Shown one piece after another: positions 9,477 to 18,882 of a stretch of 64,000 nt of DNA (positions are counted from its first letter, which is position 1; each line of letters begins with the position of its first letter). A model generated the notes under the pieces. That model was not told the DNA's origin, did no database searches, and saw only the letters and a program-made list of their open reading frames with translations. The DNA comes from Deltaproteobacteria bacterium. GTDB taxonomy: Bacteria > Desulfobacterota > Binatia > Bin18. The translations under genes were made by a program, and so were the position numbers. Where the stretch lies: assembly GCA_016874775.1 (NCBI GenBank), contig VGTJ01000005.1, positions 5,232 through 69,231 on the forward strand. Reading direction: 5' to 3'.

Positions 9477-12400
9477 ATGGCAATGAAGGACTCTGGCGAA
9501 CTGACCCCCCTGCAGAAGGCGTTTGTTGCCATCAAGCAACTGCGTGGCAAGGTCGAACGTCTTGAACAGGCAGACACTGAGCCGATCGCGATTATCGGCA
9601 TGAGCTGTCGCGTGCCTGGGGCCAATGATCCAGAATCGTTTTGGCAGCTGATTCGCAACGGCGAGGATATGGTCACTACTGTCCCGCGTGAGCGCTGGGA
9701 TATTGAGGCCTATTATCACCCAGAACCCGGACGGCCTGGGAAGACATATACCCGGCATGGGGGATTCCTCAGTGGCGTGGACCGTTTCGATGCGGCGTTC
9801 TTTGGCATCTCCGCGCGCGAAGCTGAGGGCATGGACCCGCAACAACGCCTGCTCTTGGAAGTCGCCTGGGAAGCGCTCGAACATGCGGGATTGGTTCCCG
9901 CCCACCTCGCAGGAAGTGCCACAGGAGTCTTTGTTGGAGTCACTGCGGGCGACTACGCTATGCTGCAGGTCGAACAGGCAGATCAGAATCAGACCCATCC
10001 CTATTTCAATACCGGAACGCCCTTGAACGCTTGTGCAGGTCGGCTGTCCTATATCTTGGGTTTGCAGGGTCCCTGCATGGCGGTTGATACTGCCTGCTCT
10101 TCTTCGCTCTCCGCCATTCATCTGGCCTGTATGAGCCTACGCGCCGGGGAGTGCGATCAGGTGCTCGCCGGTGGGGTCAATCTCATCCTCACTCCCAGAG
10201 TCTTTGTCACGTTGTCAGCGGCTGGTATGATGGCGCCCGACGGGCGCTGCAAGACCTTCGACGCCACCGCCAACGGGTATGTCCGCGCTGAAGGCTGCGG
10301 TATTGTGGTGCTCAAGCGTTACAGCGATGCGCAAGCCGCAGGGGATCGTGTCCTCGCTTTGATTCGCGGTTCGGCGGTGAACCAGGATGGGGCGAGCAGC
10401 GGATTTACCGCGCCAAACGGCGTGGCCCAACAAAAATTGCTCTGCCAGGCTCTCGGCAAAGCGAAGGTCGCACCGGCAGAGATCGACTATGTGGAAGCGC
10501 ACGGGACGGGAACCGCGCTGGGTGATCTGATCGAGACCCAGGCATTGGGTACTGTCCTGGGACAAGCTGAAGCCAGACTGCACCCGCTGTTAGTGGGATC
10601 GGTCAAGTCTAATATCGGCCACCTGGAGTCGGCAGCGGGTGTCGCGGGCCTCATCAAACTGGTGCAGGCGTTGCGATATGAGGAGCTCCCGCCCACGCTT
10701 CATCTCACACAGCCAAACCCCGACGTCGCCTGGGAGACACTGCAGGTGAAGCCAGTGATTGAACTAACCCCGTGGCCTCGGGGTCAGAAACGCCGCGTGG
10801 CTGGGCTCAGTTCATTTGGTGCGACCGGCAGTAACGCACACCTGATTCTTGAAGAAGCCCCGCCGAGCCTGCCGCAGCGTCCAGAAGTCGACCGCCCCAT
10901 GCATATTTTGACGCTGTCAGCCAAGTCGCAATCGGCGTTGTTGGAGTTAGCCGGTGACTACGAACACTTGCTCGTGCAAGAGACATCGCCAGCGCTTGCC
11001 GATGTCTGTTTCACTGCCAATAGTAGTCGAACTCACTTTAAGTGGCGCGTCGCTCTGGGTGCTGCCGATAAGGAACAAGCACGCGCACAGCTTGCTGCCT
11101 TTAGTGCTGGCCGATCGGTTCCTGGACTGCTGCTTGGTGGTGAACCGCCAGCGAAACCTCTACGCCCTGCGTGGCTGTTCACCGGACAAGGTGCGCTCTA
11201 TCCCGGTATGGGACGTGAGCTATATGAAGTGCACTCTGGTTTTCGCCGCGCAATAGACGGCTGTGCGGAAATCCTCGAACCCCTGCTGGAAAAGCCGCTG
11301 CAGTCCGTTCTGTACCCAAGTGCGCATAGAGATGACAGCGCGGACCTCCTCCAGCAGGCGGTGTATGTCCAGCCTGCACTATTTGCGCTGCAATATGCTC
11401 TGGCCAGTTTGTGGCGCTCATGGGGTGTGGAACCCGAAGCGGTGGTCGGTCACAGTCTCGGTGAATACTGCGCGGCCTGTATCGCCGGGGTCTTCAGTCT
11501 TGAAGATGGCCTGAAGCTTGTGGTTGAGCGCGCCCGTCTGATGCAAACGCTGGCTGAGACCGGCAGTATGGTCGCCGTCATGACCAGCGAAGCCCGCGTG
11601 GCGCAGGCATTGGCTCCCCATCGTCAGGATGTGAGTATCGCGGCGGTGAATGGGCCGCAAAACGTGGTCGTGTCCGGTCGGACGCCGGTGGTGCAACAGC
11701 TTGTCAGTCAGTTTCGTACGGAAGGCATTGAGACCATCCCGCTACAGGTGACCCACGCGTTTCACTCGCCGGTCATGGATCCGCTGTTAGATGCGTTTGA
11801 ACGATTTGCTGAGCAGATCGATTTTCACGCGCCAACACTGCCCCTGATCTCAAACTTGACGGGCCAACCGCTAACGCCAGGAGTGGTTCCCGATGCTGAG
11901 TATTGGCGGCGGCACTGCCGTGAGCCCGTGCAGTTCATGCAGAGTCTGTCTACCCTATTGAATCGCAACCTCAGCCTCTTTATAGAAATCGGTCCTCACC
12001 CAGTGTTAAGTCATTTAGGCAAACGCCAAGAGCCGTCGGCTGTGTGGCTCCCGTCCCTGACACGCCACAAGAGCGATTGGTCGGTGTTGCTGAGCAGTGT
12101 CGCTGAAGCATACATCCGCGGGGCGAACATTGACTGGTCTGGCTTTGACGCGCCCTTCGCCCGCAATCGTGTGTCCGTGCCAACGTATGCCTTTCAACGC
12201 ACGCCCTATTGGATTGTCAGAAAAGAATCGATTATGAAAGACAGTCAAGCGAATTCCCAAACTCCCCAGTCTGCCCAAGATAATCGGCAAACTCAACGTG
12301 AAGCCATTTTGACGCATGCACTGCAGCTAATTGCCGGAATGCTCCACGTCCACCCCTCCGAGATTGATATTCATGCGTCGTTTCTGGAAATGGGGGCTGA

Positions 12401-15400
12401 CTCGCTCGTGTTAGTCGAAGGGGTACGCACGGTTGAAGATCATTTCGGCGTCAAACTTGAGATCCGCCAATTTTTTGAAGAGATTACCACGATCGCGACC
12501 CTGGTCGATTATCTGGTTGATCGCACAACCTTCGGACTCCCTCCGTCCTCACCGGCAGTGCAGCCGACACAAGTCGCACCTCAAGCTATCGCTCCCACCA
12601 TCATAGCTCCCATCAGCACAGCACCTGTCGTAGCGCATGGCGTGGCCGCGCTTCCTCAAGTCACAACGCGAACAGGTGGAACAGCCCTGGAGCAGATTGT
12701 CCTGGCGCAGATGCAGTTGATGAGCCAGCAATTGGCTGCCTTGCAGGGAACTGCACCTGCAGTTAGTGTGCCCGCGCAGATTGCCCACAGCAGCCTGGCA
12801 GAAAACGGCGACGCGCCTGAACGATCCGCTGTTGCAGTACTAGCGCCCGCGCAGCCCGCGGCTCCAACAGAACTGCGTCAGTCGCCGAAGGTTGCTGAAG
12901 ACCGTTCCTCGCCCTTGCGAGCACTGGCGAATCCGATCACCCCAGGCCCCAAAACCACGGACCCGCGCCAGAGTGCGCATCTGGCCGCGCTCATTGAACG
13001 CTACGAGAAAAAAACTCCGAAGTCCAAAGCCCTGGCGCAAGCGTGTCGTCCAGGGCTGGCCGACAGTCGCGCCAGCGTCGGCTTTCGCTTTTCCACCAAG
13101 GAGATCCTCTATCCAATCACCGGGAGTGAGTCGCTCGGTTCGCGCTTGCGTGATGTCGATGGCAACACCTATGTCGACTTGACCATGGGATTCGGCGTGC
13201 TGCTGTTTGGTAGCCGCCCCGAGTTTATGAACGGCGTCGTTGAAGCGGAAGTCCAGCGTGGGTTCCAACTCGGTCCACGGTCAGACGTGATGGCAGAGGT
13301 CACATCCCTGTTTACTGAGCTGACTGGGCACGACCGTGTCGCGTTTACCAACTCTGGCACTGAAGCCGTCATGATTGCCTTGCGACTGGCGCGCACTGCC
13401 ACTGGTCGCTCGAAGATTGCGTTGTTTGAGGGATCATACCATGGACACTCCGATGGCACCCTCGCCAAGACTGTGCGCGTGAACGGCGAACTGCGGTCCG
13501 AGCCGGTGGCACCCGGCATACCGCCCAACGTCGCCAAAGACGTTCTCGTGCTTGAATACGGTACGGCGGAAACGCTGGAGACTCTGCGCGCCCACGCCCA
13601 TGAACTCGCGGCGATTCTGGTGGAACCAGTGCAGAGTCGACGTCTGGACTTTCAACCGGTTGACTTCTTACGCCAACTGCGCGCGCTGACCGAGGAGTTG
13701 GGTACCGCGCTGATCTTTGACGAAATGATTTGCGGGTTCCGTGCCCACCAGGGCGGTGCTCAGGGTCTCTTTGGCATCCAGGCGGATATCGCGACCTACG
13801 GGAAGATCCTCGGCGGTGGCATGCCGATCGGCGCAGTGGCGGGAAAAGGTCGCTTCTTGGACGGCATCGATGGCGGCGTGTGGCAGTATGGTGATAACTC
13901 TTATCCACGCGCCACTCGCACCTATTTTGGTGGGACGTTCTGCCAGCATCCCTTTTCGATGGCAGCCTGCCGAGCCACACTGCGTTACCTCAAAGCGCAG
14001 GGCCCCGGCCTTCAAGAACGGCTCAATCAACGCACAGCCGAACTCGCTGAGACGCTCAATGCCTATTTCCTTACAGAGGAATTGCCCCTGCGCGTCTCTT
14101 ACTTTTCCTCTGCCTTTCGCTTTGAGTTTTCCGGTAACCTCGAATTGCTCTATTACCACCTGTTAGAGAAGGGAGTGTACATCTGGGAGTGGCGCAATTG
14201 TTTCCTGTCAACCGCTCACACCGATGAGGACATCGCACAGTTCATTCAGGCAGTGAAAGACAGCCTTGAGGAGATGCGGCACGGTGGGTTCCTACCTGAG
14301 CGACGTTCCAGGCATCAGCCTTCGGGGCCCGATGGCAATGGGCACCACGCGACGAACGGTGTAGGGGTGCGTCGGGGGCAGACAACACCGACCCCGCTCC
14401 ATAGCAAAACTGTACGTTCCGAAGACCCGCGCGGTTTCTGGTATCGACCCAATTCCAAACTGAGCCATCGTGAGACGGTTGTTGATCACCAACCGTTAGT
14501 GCGGCAAACTGGTCAACAGGGTCAACGAGCACTCACTTTTGGTATATCGTACTTCGGCCCGTACTCTGCATCCTTTAGCGACGATAAGTATGACCTGCTG
14601 CTGGAGAGCGCACGGTATGCGGACAGCGAGGGATTTGCTGCTCTCTGGGTGCCTGAGCGGCATTTCCACGAGTTTGGCGGCTTCTCGCCTAATCCTTCGG
14701 TGCTGGCCGCTGCGCTCGCTAGAGAAACCACACGTATCCACTTACGCGCGGGCAGCGTGGTGTTGCCGCTGCATCACCCGATTCGCGTGGCTGAGGAATG
14801 GGCACTAGTCGATAATCTGTCTGGCGGTCGCGCAGGCATCGCCTTCGCCTCTGGCTGGCATGCTAATGATTTTGTCTTTGCTCCCGAGGCGTATGGACAA
14901 CATCGCGAGTTGACGTTCCAGGGTGTAGAAACCGTGCGCCAGTTGTGGCGCGGAGAAACGATCACGCAGCGCGGCGGACAAGAAAGTAAAGTCGACGTCA
15001 GTATTTATCCCCGGCCCAAACAAGCCAGCCTCCCCGCTTGGCTCACCATCGTCAACAACCCCGATACCTATCGTAAAGCCGGTGAGCTGGGGGTTGGGGT
15101 GCTGACCAACCTGATGGGCCAATCGTTGGATGACCTGGCTGCCAATATCGCCGTGTACCGACGAGCCTTAGCCGAACATGGCCACGACCCAGCGGCAGGA
15201 CACGTGACTGTCCTGATCCATACCTATTTGGCGGCTGACGCTAGCGAGGCTATCGAGACCGCACGCCAGCCCATGTGTGACTATCTCTTGTCCAGTATCG
15301 GGCTCTTCCAGAAGATGGCACAGAGCGAGGGCAAGGCGCTCAATATCGACCGTTTGACCCAAGCGGACAAAACTTTCCTGGTACAAAGCGCGTATGAGAA

Positions 15401-18400
15401 ATACGTCGCATCGAGCGCACTTATCGGCTCGCCGCAAAGCTGCGCGCCGACTGTCGAGCGGCTCATTGATATCGGCGTCAACGAGCTCGCGTGCTTTGTC
15501 GATTTTGGCGTTGCGCGCGAAGCGGTGTTGGCAGGACTTCCGTATCTCAACACGCTCAGACAGCAGTACCAGACACACAGTGAGAGTTTATCCAAGCTCG
15601 CAGCCAACTCGCAGGAACCCGTCTCCATTCCCTTGAGTGAAGCCCAACAACAGTTGTGGATTTTGGCGCAGCTCAGTAAGGACGGGAGTCGTGCCTACAA
15701 CGACCCAGCGGCGTTGCTACTGCGCGGGTCGCTCGATCACGACGCCTTGCGGCATGCCTTGCAGCAGGTGGTTACCCGTCATGAGTCCCTGCGCACGACG
15801 TTCGACAAAAGCGGAGAACTGCAAGTGATTCATCCGCCGCAGGCGGTGGAATTAGCGTGTATTGATCTCTCGGCAGAGACAGAGCCTGAGGTTCGCCTTG
15901 GGGAATGGCTTGCAGAGCATACCCAGCAGGCTTTTGACTTTGAGAATGGGCCACTCTTTTCAGCTACTGTATTCAGGCTCGAAGCAGAACGACATGCGCT
16001 GGTCCTGTCAGCTCACCACATTGTCAGCGACGGTCCATCAATGGCGCTTATCCTCAACGAACTGCTGACGCTGTATGGCGCAGCGCGCGGTGGACAGGCT
16101 GCCGAACTGGCCACGCCGACTCAGTATCGCGATTTTCTTAGTTGGCAACAGGAACAAAGAGACACCGACGCTATGGCCGGACACGAGCGCTATTGGCACC
16201 AGCAATTCGCCAGTCCCATTCCAGCGTTGGATCTGCCGAGCGACCGCGTGCGTCCGCCGGTCATGACCTATAACGGTGCCCGTGCGTCGTGTGAGATCGA
16301 CTCCACCCTGCTGCAGGCGATACGAAAAGTGGGCGCTGCCCATGGCTGTACGCCGTACATGGTGTTTCTCGCTGCCTATTCTGCCCTCATGCACCGGCTC
16401 AGCGGTCAGGAACAAGTGGTGATTGGCGCGCCGTACACTGGCCGGGCATTGGCAGGAGGCAACTCGTTGGTCGGCTACTGCATTCACCTGCTGCCGATTG
16501 TCAGCACGGCAAATACGGAGGTCACGTTCGCCGACCACCTGCGCTATATCCGCGGTACCTTATTGAACGCGTACGAACATCAAGACTATCCCTTTGCGCG
16601 CTTGGTCAATACACTGAATATGAAGCGCGATAGCAGCCGTCCACCGCTGCTCAGCACTATTTTCAATCTCGAACGTCAGCCCGAGCTGCAAAAAACAGCC
16701 GGGCTGCAAGTTGAGGTCTATCCCCAGCCGATTAGCTTTACCCGTGTCGATCTCACCCTGACTGTCTTCTTGCAAGAGCGCAAGGCAAGGCTGGAATGCG
16801 ATTACAATACTGATTTGTTTGATGCAACGACGATTCAACGCTGGCTTGAGCACTATGTGACGTTACTAGCATCGGCTGCCGCTCAGCCGCAGCAAGCGGT
16901 GGCAACACTCCCGTTATTAACTGACGCGACACGTCGCCACCAGCTTGAGGAATGGAACGTCACTGACCCGGCGGCCTCAGCCGCCTGCTTCCACAAGCTG
17001 TGGGAAGCGCGGGTTGCCCAACATCCAGACCGAATCGCGCTCGAAGAGGACGGCGAACACGGCAGATGCTTCACTTATAGTGATCTGAACCAACGGGCCA
17101 ACCAACTGGCGCACTATCTGCGACGCATGGGAGTTGGACCCGATCAACGCGTCGGGGTGTGTCTGCAGCGCTCATGGCAACTCATGGTCGCGATGTTAGC
17201 CACGCTCAAAGCCGGTGGGGCTTATGTCCCGTTGGACCCCTCGTATCCGAGTGTACGTTTGAGCCTGATGCAGTCGGATGCGCGCATTACCGTTTTGCTC
17301 ACCCAAGAGACGTTCCTCGCGCAATTGACCGATCGCCCCAACCAGGTGTGTTGTCTCGATCGCGAGTGGGGGAAAATCGCGAGCGAATCAGCGGCCAATC
17401 CCGACATCAACGTCAGGCCCGCTAACCTCGCCTATGTGATCTACACCTCAGGTTCAACCGGCAAACCCAAGGGCGTGATGATTTCCCATCATGGCTTGGT
17501 GAACTACCTTACATGGGCCGTGCAGGCGTATGCGGTGCAAGAAGAAGAGGGTGCACCGGTGCTGGGTTCCATCGGCTTCGACGCCACAGTGACCAGTTTG
17601 TTCGTGCCGCTCCTGGCTGGCGGTAAGGTCATCTTGTTGACCGAGGGTGGAGAGCTTGAAGCGCTGGCCTCTCTGCACCGCTCGGCGCGTACGTTCAGTT
17701 TCATCAAACTCACTCCAGCTCATCTGGAGATTTTTAACACGATGGTACCAGGCCAACCGCCAGCCGATCTGACGCGCTTCTTAGTGCTTGGCGGCGAAGC
17801 CCTATCCGGGGCTGCCATACACCCGTGGCTTCAGCATGGCGCAACGCGGATCGTCAATGAATATGGTCCGACCGAAACAGTGGTGGGATGCTGCACGTAC
17901 GAGCCCGAACATCCTTGCTCCGGCATGGTGCCCATCGGTCGTCCGATCCGCGGCACCCGTTTGCATATTCTCGATAAACACTCACAGATCGTTCCTCCCG
18001 GAGTTCCTGGGGAACTCTACATCGGTGGGATCGGGTTGGCGCGTGGCTATCTCGACAAACCCGACCTCACCGCTGGTGTCTTTATACCGGACCCATTCGC
18101 CGGAACCGGCGACGGAGAGCCGGGCGCTCGTCTCTACAAAACCGGCGATCGCGCCTGTTACATGCCTGATGGTACCCTGGTCTTCCTGGGTCGCGTCGAC
18201 CGTCAGGTCAAACTCCACGGCTTTCGTATCGAGCTTGGAGAAATCGAGGCGACGCTGACCGCGCGACCGGAGGTGCACGAGGCTGTGGTGCTGCTCCGCG
18301 AGGACCAGCCTGGTCATCCGCGCTTGGTTGCCTATGTGCGTCCAGCCCATACTCCATCGGCGGAGAAGTTTGCCGTCGAGAAACTCCGCGCCGAACTCAA

Positions 18401-18878
18401 AAGTCTGCTGCCACACTATATGGTGCCAGCGGTCATTGTCCCTCTAGAGGAAATGCCGCTGACCACCAATGGTAAGATTGATCACCAGGCGTTACCGATC
18501 CCGGACCAGGTCCGCCCTGAGCAAGCAACCGCGTACGTAGCGCCGCGCACGAACGTTGAACAACAAATCGTTGGCGTCTGGCAAGAGGTGCTCAGTGTGG
18601 ACAAGGTGGGGATTCATGACAACTTTTTTGATCTGGGCGGTACCTCGCTTCTGTTGCTGCAAGCGGCAAACAAGCTTGAACGTCTCTTGCATCATGACGA
18701 TGGGGTGATCGAGATCTTCAAATACCCAACGATAGCATCCCTCGCTCACTACTTGAGCAGCGACAAGGGAGCAGCCCAACCCGAGTACAGCCAGATTCGC
18801 GACCGTATCGGCCAACAACAGGCGGCTGCTCGTATGCAGGCCCTGCGCAACAAAGCCCAACGTGGAATAGGGAGCTGA
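9477..18878 (+). CDS. Hybrid PKS/NRPS: KS-AT-ACP-aminotransferase(AMT)-luciferase-like monooxygenase(LLM)-C-A-PCP
   Basis: KS carries IAIIGMSCRVPG, DTACSSSLSAIHLA and HGTGTALGD. AT carries GHSLGEY and HAFHSPVM. ACP carries LEMGADSLVLVEG. The AMT is a class III PLP aminotransferase fold with YGKILGGGMPIGAVAG. The LLM carries FGISYFGP and ALWVPERHFHEFGG. The C domain carries HHIVSDG. The A domain carries YTSGSTGKPKGV, NEYGPTE, YKTGD and NGKIDHQAL. The PCP carries FFDLGGTSLL. Confidence 0.95.
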   Translation: MAMKDSGELTPLQKAFVAIKQLRGKVERLEQADTEPIAIIGMSCRVPGANDPESFWQLIRNGEDMVTTVPRERWDIEAYYHPEPGRPGKTYTRHGGFLSGVDRFDAAFFGISAREAEGMDPQQRLLLEVAWEALEHAGLVPAHLAGSATGVFVGVTAGDYAMLQVEQADQNQTHPYFNTGTPLNACAGRLSYILGLQGPCMAVDTACSSSLSAIHLACMSLRAGECDQVLAGGVNLILTPRVFVTLSAAGMMAPDGRCKTFDATANGYVRAEGCGIVVLKRYSDAQAAGDRVLALIRGSAVNQDGASSGFTAPNGVAQQKLLCQALGKAKVAPAEIDYVEAHGTGTALGDLIETQALGTVLGQAEARLHPLLVGSVKSNIGHLESAAGVAGLIKLVQALRYEELPPTLHLTQPNPDVAWETLQVKPVIELTPWPRGQKRRVAGLSSFGATGSNAHLILEEAPPSLPQRPEVDRPMHILTLSAKSQSALLELAGDYEHLLVQETSPALADVCFTANSSRTHFKWRVALGAADKEQARAQLAAFSAGRSVPGLLLGGEPPAKPLRPAWLFTGQGALYPGMGRELYEVHSGFRRAIDGCAEILEPLLEKPLQSVLYPSAHRDDSADLLQQAVYVQPALFALQYALASLWRSWGVEPEAVVGHSLGEYCAACIAGVFSLEDGLKLVVERARLMQTLAETGSMVAVMTSEARVAQALAPHRQDVSIAAVNGPQNVVVSGRTPVVQQLVSQFRTEGIETIPLQVTHAFHSPVMDPLLDAFERFAEQIDFHAPTLPLISNLTGQPLTPGVVPDAEYWRRHCREPVQFMQSLSTLLNRNLSLFIEIGPHPVLSHLGKRQEPSAVWLPSLTRHKSDWSVLLSSVAEAYIRGANIDWSGFDAPFARNRVSVPTYAFQRTPYWIVRKESIMKDSQANSQTPQSAQDNRQTQREAILTHALQLIAGMLHVHPSEIDIHASFLEMGADSLVLVEGVRTVEDHFGVKLEIRQFFEEITTIATLVDYLVDRTTFGLPPSSPAVQPTQVAPQAIAPTIIAPISTAPVVAHGVAALPQVTTRTGGTALEQIVLAQMQLMSQQLAALQGTAPAVSVPAQIAHSSLAENGDAPERSAVAVLAPAQPAAPTELRQSPKVAEDRSSPLRALANPITPGPKTTDPRQSAHLAALIERYEKKTPKSKALAQACRPGLADSRASVGFRFSTKEILYPITGSESLGSRLRDVDGNTYVDLTMGFGVLLFGSRPEFMNGVVEAEVQRGFQLGPRSDVMAEVTSLFTELTGHDRVAFTNSGTEAVMIALRLARTATGRSKIALFEGSYHGHSDGTLAKTVRVNGELRSEPVAPGIPPNVAKDVLVLEYGTAETLETLRAHAHELAAILVEPVQSRRLDFQPVDFLRQLRALTEELGTALIFDEMICGFRAHQGGAQGLFGIQADIATYGKILGGGMPIGAVAGKGRFLDGIDGGVWQYGDNSYPRATRTYFGGTFCQHPFSMAACRATLRYLKAQGPGLQERLNQRTAELAETLNAYFLTEELPLRVSYFSSAFRFEFSGNLELLYYHLLEKGVYIWEWRNCFLSTAHTDEDIAQFIQAVKDSLEEMRHGGFLPERRSRHQPSGPDGNGHHATNGVGVRRGQTTPTPLHSKTVRSEDPRGFWYRPNSKLSHRETVVDHQPLVRQTGQQGQRALTFGISYFGPYSASFSDDKYDLLLESARYADSEGFAALWVPERHFHEFGGFSPNPSVLAAALARETTRIHLRAGSVVLPLHHPIRVAEEWALVDNLSGGRAGIAFASGWHANDFVFAPEAYGQHRELTFQGVETVRQLWRGETITQRGGQESKVDVSIYPRPKQASLPAWLTIVNNPDTYRKAGELGVGVLTNLMGQSLDDLAANIAVYRRALAEHGHDPAAGHVTVLIHTYLAADASEAIETARQPMCDYLLSSIGLFQKMAQSEGKALNIDRLTQADKTFLVQSAYEKYVASSALIGSPQSCAPTVERLIDIGVNELACFVDFGVAREAVLAGLPYLNTLRQQYQTHSESLSKLAANSQEPVSIPLSEAQQQLWILAQLSKDGSRAYNDPAALLLRGSLDHDALRHALQQVVTRHESLRTTFDKSGELQVIHPPQAVELACIDLSAETEPEVRLGEWLAEHTQQAFDFENGPLFSATVFRLEAERHALVLSAHHIVSDGPSMALILNELLTLYGAARGGQAAELATPTQYRDFLSWQQEQRDTDAMAGHERYWHQQFASPIPALDLPSDRVRPPVMTYNGARASCEIDSTLLQAIRKVGAAHGCTPYMVFLAAYSALMHRLSGQEQVVIGAPYTGRALAGGNSLVGYCIHLLPIVSTANTEVTFADHLRYIRGTLLNAYEHQDYPFARLVNTLNMKRDSSRPPLLSTIFNLERQPELQKTAGLQVEVYPQPISFTRVDLTLTVFLQERKARLECDYNTDLFDATTIQRWLEHYVTLLASAAAQPQQAVATLPLLTDATRRHQLEEWNVTDPAASAACFHKLWEARVAQHPDRIALEEDGEHGRCFTYSDLNQRANQLAHYLRRMGVGPDQRVGVCLQRSWQLMVAMLATLKAGGAYVPLDPSYPSVRLSLMQSDARITVLLTQETFLAQLTDRPNQVCCLDREWGKIASESAANPDINVRPANLAYVIYTSGSTGKPKGVMISHHGLVNYLTWAVQAYAVQEEEGAPVLGSIGFDATVTSLFVPLLAGGKVILLTEGGELEALASLHRSARTFSFIKLTPAHLEIFNTMVPGQPPADLTRFLVLGGEALSGAAIHPWLQHGATRIVNEYGPTETVVGCCTYEPEHPCSGMVPIGRPIRGTRLHILDKHSQIVPPGVPGELYIGGIGLARGYLDKPDLTAGVFIPDPFAGTGDGEPGARLYKTGDRACYMPDGTLVFLGRVDRQVKLHGFRIELGEIEATLTARPEVHEAVVLLREDQPGHPRLVAYVRPAHTPSAEKFAVEKLRAELKSLLPHYMVPAVIVPLEEMPLTTNGKIDHQALPIPDQVRPEQATAYVAPRTNVEQQIVGVWQEVLSVDKVGIHDNFFDLGGTSLLLLQAANKLERLLHHDDGVIEIFKYPTIASLAHYLSSDKGAAQPEYSQIRDRIGQQQAAARMQALRNKAQRGIGS
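12530..12930 (+). other. Pro/Ala/Gln-rich low-complexity interdomain linker between the ACP and the AMT
   Basis: The translated stretch reads PPSSPAVQPTQVAPQAIAPTIIAPISTAPVVAHGVAALPQVTT...APAVSVPAQIAHSS...LAPAQPAAPTEL. It has no catalytic motifs. Confidence 0.5.
12950..14300 (+). other. Embedded PLP-dependent aminotransferase (AMT) domain, glutamate-1-semialdehyde aminomutase-like
   Basis: ILYPITGSESLGSRLRDVDGNTYVDLTMGFGVLLFG, FTNSGTEAVMIALRLAR and a PLP-lysine region DIATYGKILGGGMP. The domain sits directly after an ACP and before a C domain, as in the beta-amino-fatty-acid-forming modules of iturin/mycosubtilin and microginin-type synthetases. Confidence 0.85.
14520..15570 (+). other. Luciferase-like flavin monooxygenase (LLM) domain embedded between the AMT and the C domain
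   Basis: LTFGISYFGPYS...SEGFAALWVPERHFHEFGGFSPNP...GRAGIAFASGWHANDF are characteristic of the LLM / natural-product-associated luciferase-like monooxygenase fold. The domain is about 350 aa. Confidence 0.78.
15620..18760 (+). other. NRPS module C-A-PCP at the C-terminus of the hybrid protein (amino acid 1 of the peptide)
   Basis: The C domain carries PLSEAQQQLWIL and AHHIVSDGPS. The A domain carries LAYVIYTSGSTGKPKGV, FDATVTS (A4), NEYGPTE, GELYIGGIGLARGY, YKTGD, GRVDRQVKLHGFRIELGEIE and NGKIDHQALP. The PCP carries DNFFDLGGTSLL. Confidence 0.85.
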
Positions 18879-18882
18879 GGTT

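Noticed and set aside
12530-12930. Pro/Ala/Gln-rich stretch between the ACP and the AMT, considered as a possible additional domain or repeat array
   Set aside because: It has no periodic DNA repeat and no catalytic motifs. It is a flexible interdomain linker of the kind common in megasynthases.
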